This document shows, in pieces, positions 27,424 through 38,581 of a DNA stretch of 64,000 nucleotides. The translations under genes were made by a program, and so were the position numbers. This stretch comes from Octopus bimaculoides (lineage: Eukaryota). The stretch spans positions 81,271,612-81,335,611 of the forward strand of contig NC_068987.1 of assembly GCF_001194135.2 (NCBI RefSeq), read 5' to 3'. The notes beneath the pieces were generated by a model. The model was not told the DNA's origin. It did no database searches and worked only from the letters and a program-made list of their open reading frames with translations. The stretch's first letter is position 1. Each line of letters opens with the position of its first letter.

Positions 27424-28217
27424 ATGCATGCACACACACACATTTATGTATATGAGTTGATCTCTGTGTATGAGCCTTCATCTCCCTGTTTACTTTTAAT
27501 AGCGGGACGACAGTGACATTTCAAATGTGGCCAAACACACTCCAAGTGACATGGTCTGGACTATTTAACATTTTTTTCCTTTTTTTTTTTATTTAACTTT
27601 ACTATCAATTTGATCTTATATTTTGGCTCCCCATTTTTTTCTTCTTTCTTTTTTCATATAACCCTCTTCCAGGTGCCTGGTTATGGAAGGAGAAAAGAAG
27701 ATAGAGTAGGAAAAGTGTTCTGTCCATCTTTTTACTTTATTTTTTTCACATTTCTCTTTTTTTATGTTTATATTTTTCTCTTTCTTCTTACTTCTTCCTT
27801 TGGTTTTCTTTTTATATTTAATCTCTGCCATTCAGATATATTGTCTGTTTAATCCGGTATTTATCTGTCTGTTTTCTTATCTACTCTAATTCCCCATATC
27901 CTCTTCTTGATATGTATCTCTCCTTTTACTTTTTCTTTACGTACCCATTTTTTCCTACTCTATCTCTTTTCCCCCTTCCATCTCCTTTTATCTGATATCA
28001 CCTCTTCCTCACTGCTTTAAAGCAGGTTTTCTATAACTATTCCAACAAGTGCTATAAATAAAGCAAACTTTTGTTGACCATTTATATTTTGAAATACCAA
28101 CTGAAAAAAGGTAGTACTATGTAAGGGTATCTTACATAAATTATTAGACGTGTGTATTAAATGCATTCAAAATATCAATATTTGAGTTTGTGTTTGTTCT
28201 GGAATATATATATATAT

Positions 28218-28772
28218 AGTGCCACACCCTAACAGTTGAGGGAACCCGTGGAAGAGGTAGGCCCAGGAAGACCTGGGCTGAGGTGGTGAGGCAAGACTTT
28301 CATACATTTGGCCTCACCGAGGCGATGACTACTGACCGAGACCTTTGGAAATGTGCTGTGCGTGAGAAGACCCGGCAAGCCAAGTAAGATCGTTGCCAGT
28401 GCCCCTGGACTGGTTCTTGTGCGGGTGGCACATGAGATGCACCATTTTGAGCGTGGCCGTTGCCAGTACCGCCTGACTGGCTCCCGTAGGATTTTCGAGC
28501 GAGATCGTTGCCAGTGCCCCTGGACTGGCTTGTGCGGGTGGCACATAAAAAACACCATTTCGAGCGTGGCCGTTTTCATGCGGGTGACACGTAAAAGCAC
28601 CCACTACACTCTCTGAGTGGTTGGTGTTAGGAAGGGCATCCAGCTGTAGAAACTCTGCCAAATTAGATTGGAGCCTGGTGTTGCCATCCGGTTTCACCAG
28701 TCCTCAGTCAAATCGTCCAACCCATGCTAGCATGGAAAGCGGACGTTAAACGATGATGATAATGATGATGAT
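28218..28772 (+). mobile_element. 5'-truncated young RTE LINE (ORF end, 3' UTR, (GAT)n)
   Basis: CHTLTVEGTRGRGRPRKTWAEVVRQD..DRDLWKCAVREKTRQAK*, CpG-rich, flanked on both sides by (AT)n. Confidence 0.92.
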
Positions 28773-28799
28773 ATATATATATATATATATATGATATGT

Positions 28800-29190
28800 G
28801 TATATCATTATTATCATCATTATCATTTAATGTTCAGTGCTGGAATGGGTTGGATGGTTTGACAGAATCCAGTTTATCCAAAGACTGCATCATCCTCCAA
28901 TGTCTGTTTTGGTATGGTTTCTATTGCAGAATGTTATCTTTAATGTCAACCACTTCACAGCATGGAATGGGTTTTTCCATGCTACCAGCACTATTGAGGT
29001 CATCATACAGTACACAGGATACAAACCCTTGGAGAGGTGTAGGTGTCAACTTCATACTCAGGGAGAAAGAAATTACTATGAAAAAGTGAGGAGCAGAGCA
29101 TATTCTTGTAGAGGAATCTAAAGGCTACTCACATTTAGAAGGGGAAAGGGGGAGAGAGAAAGAGAAAATGATCAGTAGAAGCTACCAGGG
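28800..29190 (-). mobile_element. Retroelement 3' region with RTE-type tail (10430-type family)
   Basis: Tail GCTGGAATGGGTTGGATGGTTTGAC followed by a purine-rich body. Confidence 0.65.
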
Positions 29191-29329
29191 AGAGATAATA
29201 CCAATGAGATGCCCAGATGGTCCAACAAAGCATAGACTGAGAAGAAATGGGTGGGTGATTTGCAAGATTGTATGGGTAGAATGAGGGGATGCAGGGAAAA
29301 AATCTTTGTTGTAAACAGTGGTAGTAGCT

Positions 29330-30000
29330 CCCTCAACTTTTCCAACCAGTTCTTACTCTAGCTACTATACTTTCAGAGCAACCACCTACTTGATAATTAC
29401 ATGTCCTGGACAACAAAAGCTATCAAATACTTCTTATAAACCATTTTGAGCATTTAAGGTACTCAGTTTCAGGTATGCTTGTAGATACTGCTCCACTGCA
29501 TTTATCATATATGAAACTTACTTTCTTGAATAGTCTGCCAGTGATTCCATTTCTTGTATGTCCATGGCTTACATTGAGTACAGCCTAAGGAGTTGAATAC
29601 CTGCCCTTTTCTTACTTATCACACAAGGCCATTTCCCTGAAAGTACTATGGTCCTGTCTTTTTTCCTACTTACTAAAACCTTTTTACCAACCAATTTACC
29701 TTCTTACACCTTCATCTTGGCCAGGTTTTGCTAAAGGCCTCTTCAATTCAGGTCTAGCTTCTATGCATGGAATTTTTTCTCTAATTCCCCAACAGATTCA
29801 GCTATGACAACTGCATCATCAGCATATAAGAGTTCACATGAGCAATCAGTCTCATCAATGATGGATTGTAGGACTATGTTGAATAAGAGAAGACTGAGGA
29901 TTGAAACTTGATGAGTTCCTACCTTCATACTAAATTCACCACTGAAGTTACTATTTACTCTCACTTTACTGTATCTTTGTACAATCATTTGCCTCAATCA
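29330..30000 (-). mobile_element. RTE RT fragment
   Basis: VGTHQVSILSLLLF, ELLYADD, SGKWPC..CTQCKPWTYKK. Confidence 0.85.
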
Positions 30001-30002
30001 TT

Positions 30003-30210
30003 TGCCTCCATGAGGCCCAATGGTCAAAAGATCATGCTTCACCACTTCATCCCATGTCTTCCTGGGTCTACCTCTTCCACAGGTTCCCTCCCCTGTTAGA
30101 GATCAGCACTTCTTCACACTACTGTCCACATCCATACACATCACATAACCATACTAACACAGCCATCTCTCTTGCACACCACATCTGATGCCTTTTATGT
30201 CTAACTTTTC
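30003..30210 (-). mobile_element. RTE ORF C-terminal fragment
   Basis: IRCGVQER..YGYVM..GTCGRGRPRKTWDEVVKHD. Confidence 0.85.
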
Positions 30211-30317
30211 TCTTTTAATGGATTTTTCTGTATCAAGCAACAATAATCAAAAAAAAAAAGAAGATTATTTTATATTTCACAGCAGGCAGCCAGGGTTGCC
30301 AGGTTTGTGAATAAAAA

Positions 30318-30767
30318 TCCAAGTGTTAAGGAATGGCGTAGATAAAATCTGGACTACATATGTTTCATAGTGAGCAGAAACTCAGAAGTGGTAAATATCC
30401 AAGCAAGGTGTATATGGCAGGCTACTGTTCAGGCCAAGGGTATCTTGATTAAATGAAGTGTACATTGTTGTTAGGAGGTCCATGTTAATGCATGGAGGAT
30501 TCGATCAGAATGCTTGAGTATTCTGTGTTAACATGGGCCCCTTAATGACAATGTAATGTGATAACCATGTGTCATTCTGATTGAACCTTCCATGTGTTAA
30601 CATGGGCCTCTTAACAACAATGTAAATTTCATTTAATGAAGATACTCTTGACCCGAAGAGTAGCCTGTAGTATTCACCTCGCTTGGATATTTACCATTTC
30701 TGAGGTTCCACTTAATATAAAACATATGTAGCCCGGATTTTATCTACTTCATTCCTTAATTCTTGGA
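30318..30767. mobile_element. Foldback/MITE-like long inverted repeat
   Basis: Arms 30318-30512 and 30573-30767 (195 bp each) align without gaps; I count 32 mismatches (~84% identity); 60-bp spacer. Confidence 0.9.
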
Positions 30768-30769
30768 GA

Positions 30770-30860
30770 TGTGTATGTGTGTGAATGTGTATGTGTGTGA
30801 GTGTGTATGTGTGTGAGTGTGTATGTGTGTGAGTGTGTATGTGTGTATGTATACATGTAC
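30770..30860. repeat. Compound (GT)n/(GTGTGA/GTAT) microsatellite
   Basis: Directly visible. Confidence 0.9.
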
Positions 30861-32001
30861 ACAGTGTGTAGTTATTTATTGTTGATGTCATAAGGATTTT
30901 ATAAACTGTTGGGAGAATTTTTTTTTTTGGAACAGTATATCTCAAAGCACACCATAAAACCATTAAGAATATCAGCCTTTGACTTTTTCTATCCAATATT
31001 TATATGCCGTTGTTCGTAGCTTTATGTGTGTGCTTCAAGATACCATTTTATAAATATGCATACATGGCAAATATTTTAGTGAGAATTTCGTCCTAAGGGA
31101 GTATGAAGTTAATGGGTAATATGTAGAAACGTGAGTTTCAGATAGCTGTTTGGTGGAAAAGATATAAACTTAAAAAAATGACAATAATGGTGTCAAAATC
31201 ATTTAGTACTCTAATTGTAAATACTCTGAAATCATAGACATGCAAAGACTGTGATTCAAAAACTGTAAGTGATTAGAATACTGAACAATGTTGTTAGGGA
31301 AATGAATTTTGAAAGTTATTTTGTGCAGCTGTTCAGTGATTAAACCAGTATCTGTAAATGTCTGCATCAATATACTATAAAAAATTAAGATAAAGAAATC
31401 AAGATCAGCATTAAGATTACGGTTTTGAAAATTAACTGTATAATGAAATTATTTCTGTAATTACTCTATACTGTCAATAATGCAAATCCATTCACTGGCT
31501 CACTTAACAGCATACACTCCTACATAGACGATAACACCCTTACCTTTCCCTTAATTTTCCACACACACTCACACACATGCACACACATGCACGTGCACAT
31601 ACATGCATGCCCCCCCCCCCAGTCATTATTAGCATCATCATCTAAATGTAGCCTAAACATTTCCTAAAATATTGCCAACAATAACAACATCTGTCAATAA
31701 GAAAATTGCAATCAAGACTCCTTCGACATTATCAGGACACAATCACAGCTTATATCAATAAAACAAATTTGCATCATAACATCCATGTACAAGAACAACA
31801 TGCAATTAGACATCTGAAAGTTGCTACAAATGTTAACCCTTACAACTGATGATTTCTCTTGACATTGTCACATATATAGCATTGCTGAGGTTACATCTCA
31901 AAGACTAAATTTCCTCTTCAGAACCAGAAAATACTTTAGTGCTGATACATTTTTGGCTTTCTGGAATGCTTAATTGTGTCTCTCATTGGAACGTTACTCA
32001 C

Positions 32002-32043
32002 TGGATAAATTGGATGGCTCCTCTCCAGCGCTGGGCGCTGGTG
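32002..32043 (-). CDS. Candidate 42-nt internal exon of an unidentified gene
   Basis: ctttattgtag|CACCAGCG...TATCCA|gtgagt; open as HQRPALERSHPIYP or PAPSAGEEPSNLS. No homology recognised; the acceptor lies in an antisense repeat tail. Confidence 0.25.
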
Positions 32044-32587
32044 CTACAATAAAGTGCTCACTATACTCTGTAAAATGCTTAATGTTTGGAAAGGTAACTA
32101 GTCATAGAATCCAAGTCCAAAATAAGCAAGATGCAATCTTTTGACTCATCTAGGTGAGCAGTATTTTCAAAGAACAGTATTTTCAAATACGTTCTGACTC
32201 CAACCATGGCGACCAACACAAACTATATCAGGATGGAAAGCAAATGTATGTGTATTATCTAGATTGATCCAGAGCAACAATCCATTGAATCAGCCTAAAG
32301 ACATTATTTCACCCTACCTCTGCTTATATATTTTGTTGTTATGATTTTGTTTTTATTTGCCATAGTATTATTTTGTTGTATAATTGTGTGTGGTAGCCAT
32401 TTTGGATTTGAAACAGTAATGTATGTAATCATGATTTAAAAAGTTTGTGAAACAAACCTTTTTCTCCATTGTCTACCATCAGATTTTGAGGGCAATCCTG
32501 TCTTTAAACAGTTAAGATTCTGTTTGGTAATTCTTGAATAAAACATGCTTTAAAAAAAGTAGTGAAAACACCTTCATACTATGACAC

Positions 32588-33037
32588 TCATCATCCTCAC
32601 CATTATCATTTTGACATCCAATTTTCCATGCTTGCATGGATTGGATGCAGTTTATTTGAGGCAAAATGTTTATGGTCAGATGCCCTTCCTGTTGCCAACC
32701 CTTATCTGTTTCCAACTAAGGTAAAATTTCCTCATGGCCAGACATGTTCTTGTAGAATATTGGAAGTGAACATGGCTGTTTGTATGGTGGTAAAACTCAT
32801 TTACAACTATAATGCAATGTGAAGACAAGGAGACACAAGCACATATACCAGCATGGAAAAATGGACATTAAATGATGATATATGACTGATGCTTCTTTCA
32901 GTTTTTGTCTATGAATCCTCTTAGAACATTTTGGTCTGCTTAGGGTTATCATAGAAGACACTTGCTCTAGGTGCGAAGCAGTGGGACTGAACCTAGAGCC
33001 ATATGGTTGGGAAGCAAACCTTTTACCAGATAGCCAT
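32588..33037 (-). mobile_element. Full-length tRNA-derived SINE with RTE-type tail
   Basis: Head ATGGCTATCTGGTAAAAGGTTTGCTTCCCAACC..GGTTCAGTCCCACTGC, central GAAAGAAGC block, tail CCATGCAAGCATGGAAAATTGGATGTCAAAATGAT. Confidence 0.85.
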
Positions 33038-33084
33038 ACTTTTACCTGCACTATAGTAACAATAATAATAATAATAATAATAAT

Positions 33085-33290
33085 AAGAGCACTCAGAGAG
33101 CGCAAACCTCCACTGAGGCAACACCAACATCCCCGCAATGATTAGCCAGAGATGATTTCTAAAATGAGAATATCTGAAATAAACTTGACTGCTCTCACAA
33201 ATGAAAATACTAAAAATGAACCCAACCACTCCCAAACATTAAGTAAAAAAAAACGGAAAAATAATCCAGAATCCTTGTCTGGTATTGAAT
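33085..33290 (+). mobile_element. Interspersed repeat, possibly HINE-like, next to (AAT)n
   Basis: Starts AAGAGCACTCAGAGAGCGCAAACCTCC, which I recall as a widespread repeat terminus; class uncertain. Confidence 0.4.
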
Positions 33291-33394
33291 TGGTGTGCTT
33301 ATTTTAATGGCCTACCAATGTATACAGTGCGTTTCTCTGCCCTAAGTGTCAGGAAGACATTTGGTAAGAAATGGAACCAGAATTGAAAGAAAAT

Positions 33395-33416
33395 AATGAT
33401 GATGTTGATGATGATG

Positions 33417-33462
<46 letters not shown>

Positions 33463-33495
33463 TAGCAACAATAACAACAACAATAACAATGATAG
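33395..33495. repeat. (GAT)n-(AAT)n-(AAC)n compound microsatellite
   Basis: Directly visible. Confidence 0.93.
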
Positions 33496-34056
33496 TAATA
33501 GACAGGAGATAGAAATATTTTAATGTTGCAGAAACGTAATGAGAAATTTAACAGTATATAGGCAATGATTTTAATATATTACTGTACTATATTTTATTTA
33601 AAATAAATGTTACTAAAAGATATGAATGAACAAACACACACAGACACATGTGCATACACAATACTGCTTTTAATCAATAACATTTATTATATTACTTGAG
33701 TTTCATTCAATTACATATCTACTTATTGAATTACTATTTCTTTTAACTTTAATTAAGACTACATATCAATTTCTAAACCAAATTCAAATGAAATCTACAC
33801 TGTTATTTTTCATGATATAACTATGGTTAATATAAAGGAGCTTTAATTTACCAACTTTCTCTTAAGTCACTAAATCTTGCTAAATTAGCCAGCTTTCATA
33901 CAGCAGTATGAAGAAAATGACAAATGTAGTCATATGTCTTTAAATTAAACTGGCGTTCTTCTCTGCAATAACAACTGGTCATTTCTTCATTTTGACAGTT
34001 AATTGTGGTGTTCATAATGTAATTATCCACATTCGTAATATTGTATATTAACTTAC

Positions 34057-34116
34057 ACACAAGGCCATGTATTTTGCAAACACAGCGCTGGGCTGGTACT
34101 TTGTCTTATCACTCAT
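34057..34116 (-). CDS. Candidate first coding segment (exon 34057-34161)
   Basis: tatatttgcag| acceptor, short UTR, ATG, MSDKTKYQPSAVFAKYMALC, |gtaagt donor in phase 0. Weak Kozak context; no homology recognised. Confidence 0.25.
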
Positions 34117-36399
34117 GTATGAATGAAAGACAGCTTAATTCACATTAATGATAATTAATTCCTGCAAATATATACACAAAAAAAAAAAGACATCTCTTTG
34201 TCACTTATTGTTGGCTAGTTTAAAATTTTCAATTTATGATTGTTTTCACCCATATTTTATAATAATGTAGCTTAATGTTGTTAGTATCTATAGATCTACA
34301 TAATATTATTACTCTTTATGATGAAGTTTTATATCTCACTGTTTAAAATATCATATGAGTCCTAGAATATTGCTGCTTTAAACATTTTCTTGCCAAATTA
34401 CCAGTCAGTTACAAATAGCTTAAATATTTTACTTAAGCTTAGCACCATTTTTCTTCTTTTGGAATTTACCATCAATATATATTTCCGACTCAGCATTTTA
34501 TGCAAACATTTATGGAAATGCTTATGATCTTAACAATATGTGCTAATTTGTTTTAATCCATCTTTCTATAAAACAAACTTGTTTTGTGAATTTGATCTGA
34601 ATGTATTAGTTTGTAATATAGATGGTTTGGATGCAATACTCCATTTTTTTTTCAAGACAGCATTGAAAACAATAGGTGCCAAATTATTTACGATCAAATT
34701 TTCTAATGCATATTTATGAAATCTTGTTAATGTAGCACAAATATCATTAAAATTCTCTTTGCATGTTTTTAAATTTGAAGCCAACTAAACTCCTTATTTC
34801 AGGAGTTACAATAGAAGACTTTTGAACAAATTAAAATAAAATTCTAATAATTCATTATTTATTTCATATTGTCATGGTGAAAATATAACAAAGCAAATTA
34901 ATCAAGTAACTATATTGTTGCTCTTCCACATCTCAATTTCAAAGTTTCTTAGAATGTTATTAAAGCTATCATAAATAGAATTAAAGATGAATTAAGAAAT
35001 AAACAATGAAATGTTAACTCATATTTTAGGATTGTCTGTACTTTGACAAACTGATAATAAAACATTTTTGCAGTATTTTAAACACAACTACATGATTAAT
35101 TGTGTTGAATTATTGCTTACTTAAACACAACTATAATTTTTCTTTCTAACATATTTCTACCAAAATAATCTGGACATTATCAGTTAGTTGACCATAAGTC
35201 AGAAGAAAAGAACACTCAATATGGAAAATAGAGTGGTTATATTTTTACACCACTGAGGAGTATGTTGCTGGTTGTAGCATTAGATTTAGGCTTCACACTG
35301 ACTGTTGCATTTGACAGTATCAATAACTCTTCCAGCATGCTGACCAGAAGTGCATAGCCTCTTTTATGCCCGAAAGCATATATAGAGCAAGCAAAGATTG
35401 CAATGCCTACTTCCATTTAGATATGACCCAGGTCATTCTAGCAATTTTGTGCAAAAGGTGTCCAGTATAAAGAGGCTTATGAGGTTGTAGATGTCCATGC
35501 TGTTGAATATTCTCATCGCCTCATCAAACAAGCCATCTAGGTTGGTTTGTTTGTCCCAAGGTGAACCTTTATTAAACAGTAGGGTTTTCTGTCATGCATT
35601 ATTACAGTTATATAAAGTATATATATTTATATAGTGCAATTTGCACTCCAGATTACTTGGCAAATAACCTGTATTAAAAACTCTATGTGAAGTTTTATTT
35701 ATGTGTTGTAATTTTATCCCATGTTATTAAGTCCAGCTTTGATTGTTCCACAGAGTATAATTAGAAGAGAAACCAAAGCATGAGAGGTTCTTTGTAAGAT
35801 ATTTAATTACACCATCTTGTGTTCGTTTTATTAACATAAGGCGATTGTTAGTTACATAATGCAAAATTAAAAATTACATAATATGCACTTATTGCCAAAT
35901 CATATGAGACATGTAATTATGAAATGCAATATCGGTAGAGAGAACATGTGATAGTAGCAGTGAACATTGGGGAGATGACTTGCAGCTGTAGAGCATAGAT
36001 AGTGGAGGTAAGCTATAAAAAAGATTTTCTTACATAAAAAAGGGACACATTTTACATTAAAAAAAAAGAGACATATTTTGCATAAGACAGGCCATAGTAA
36101 AGCAGGTATATGAAAGGGAGTTATCAGTACGTCTATGAAATGAAGTGGGCGTTATCTTAGATGCAGTTTTATTGTTTCTTCCTAACTATTGTTTTTCTGT
36201 GATGTACATTAAGGTTTGACTGTCATAAAATTTGGTTTGACTGTGTGTTATACATATATCAATTTCAGCAGACATAAATGTACATATATAATAGATTTTC
36301 ACCTAGACAAGTATGTCCACACAAAGTGGTATATACAAACATACATGCATACATGTATTTGTATACACACATGTGTATGCATACATACATACATACATA

Positions 36400-36947
36400 T
36401 ATATTGGCACATTGAAAGGTAGGTCTGGTGAGATTGTTGAGATGCATGAATGGAGACGTAGATTTGTACTGCATCCAAGAAGTAAGGTGGAGTGGAAGTT
36501 CTGCTAGGTTCCTCACAGGCAAAGAACATAGGTATAAAATTTTCTGGGCAGGGAACACTGACAGAGTCAGGGGCATGGGTATACTTCTTGAAGAGAAATA
36601 GGTTGATAAGGTAATCGAAGTAGTCAGAGTCTATAATGGAATACCCAAGCTTAGATTAGTGCTGCAACATAGATTAACAACCATTATCTCAGCTTATACC
36701 CATGAGCCAGGGCTAGCTGATGAACAGAAGGACTGATTTTATGACATCTTCTTGCAGACTACCTCATCATTGAATGACAAGGACATTCTCTTCGTGGCTG
36801 GTGACTTCAATTGAGTATATTGGACAACATCCAGGGAGCTTCCATGGTGTACATGGTGGCTATGAATTTGGTTCCTGCAATCAGGAGGGAACCAGGCTGC
36901 TGGAGTTCTGTGATGCAAATAATCTCATGATCTGTAATAGTAACTCC
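36400..36947 (+). mobile_element. RTE LINE AP-endonuclease fragment
   Basis: IGTLKGRSGEIVEM, CIQEVRW, IISAY, VAGDFN, EGTRLLEFCDANNLMICN. Confidence 0.92.
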
Positions 36948-38492
36948 TTTTACTCTGAGTGAGAGGCCCTTTGTCACCAGCAGAGGTAAGAGCTCTCTGA
37001 ACTTTGCCCAGGCTATTCTTATTCTAGCAGCTACACTTTCAGTGCACCCTCCCCCGCTACTAACTTGATCACCTAGATAATGGAAGCTATCAACTACTAG
37101 TTTTTCTCCCTGGAATGTGGCAAAAGTTGTTTTCAGCACATTTTCAGTGTTTATTGCTCCTGAACATCTTCCACATACAAAAACTATCTTTCTAGTTAGC
37201 CTTTCTTTGATATTGCTGCACCTCTTATGTGTCCATAACTTACACTGGATACCTCTTATAGAGTTTCTACCTACGCCTTTTCTACAGATCGAGCAGGGCC
37301 TTGTACCTAAAGGAGTTTGTGTTTTGTCTACTGATCTACTTATTAGAACTTTGGTTTTAGTTAGGTTGACTTTAAGGCCCTTCGATTCTAGTCCTTGCTT
37401 CCACACCTGAAACTTCTCCTCTAGTTGTGATAGTGACTCAGCAATTAGAGCAAGGTCATCAGCATAGAGGAGCTCCCAGGGGCATCCTGTCTTGAATTCC
37501 TGTGTTATTGCCTGGAGGACTATGATAAATAGGAGGGGGTTGAGGACTGAACCTTGGTGGACCCCTACCACTACCTGCAATTCTTCACTGCACTCGTTGC
37601 CAACCCTCACCTTACTGACAGCGTCCCTGTAGATGGCTCGCGCAGCTCTCACTAACCATTCATCTATCCCTAGTTTCCTTATTGACCACCAGATAAGGGA
37701 ACAGGAGACCCTGTAAAAGGCTTTCTCCATGTCAATGAAAGCCAGGTACAGAGGTTTATCGTTGGCTAAATATTTCTCCAGCAGCTGTCTTACCAGAAAT
37801 ATAGCGCCAGTGGTACTTTTCCCTGGCACGAACCCAGACTGCATCTCATCTAAACTGACTCTCTCCCTAATTAATTGGGCTATGACCCTCTCTGTGACTT
37901 TCATTACCTGATACAACAGCTTGATACCCCGTAATTATTTGTCTCTAAAGCATCACCTTTACCTTTGTAGAAGTCGACAATGGTACTGCTACACCAGTCA
38001 TTGGGTATGACTCCTTCGTGTATCACCTGGTTAGCAATACGGGTGACTAGGCTATAGCCAACACTACCAGATATTTTGAGCATCTCTGCAGTGATTCCTG
38101 ATGGGCTGGGGGCTTTCCTTGTCTTCATACTCTTAATTGCTTTATCTACCATGGTACTGTCAATTAGGATAGCTGGTCCCTCTGTTGGGTCAACATTCAG
38201 CAGACTCTCTCTCTCCCATTCGTTCTCTTTATTGAGCAACCTTTCGTAGTGGCGTCTCCAAATCTCTCTCTTTGCAGCCACATTTAGTGCAAGTGAACCA
38301 TCATCCATGTGGACACATTTCTCTCCTATGACATCACCATTCTCTCTCACATACTGTCTTGTAACTCAAAATACCTCAAGTCTTTGGTCCTCACGGTGCA
38401 AAACATTGGCAAATTTTTTCTTATCTGCTTCCCCTCTAGCTAAGTAAACCTGTCACCTAGCTTCCCTTCTGCAGTCTGATACAATTCCCTGC
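36947..38492 (-). mobile_element. RTE LINE linker and reverse transcriptase fragment
   Basis: QSGFVPGKSTT, FIDMEKAF, GVHQGSVLNPLLF, LLYADD, YLG; one frameshift near 37930; stops at LRVKG. The last ~47 aa of ORF 36807-37916 are antisense endonuclease sequence. Confidence 0.95.
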
Positions 38493-38493
38493 T

Positions 38494-38522
38494 ATATATA
38501 TGTATGTGTTTGTGTGTTTGTA

Positions 38523-38580
<58 letters not shown>
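38494..38580. repeat. (TA)/(TG)n microsatellite
   Basis: Directly visible. Confidence 0.93.

Positions 38581-38581
<1 letters not shown>

Noticed and set aside
35300-35560. Possible old LINE C-terminus (LDGLFDEAMRIF, minus strand)
   Set aside because: Single weak motif.
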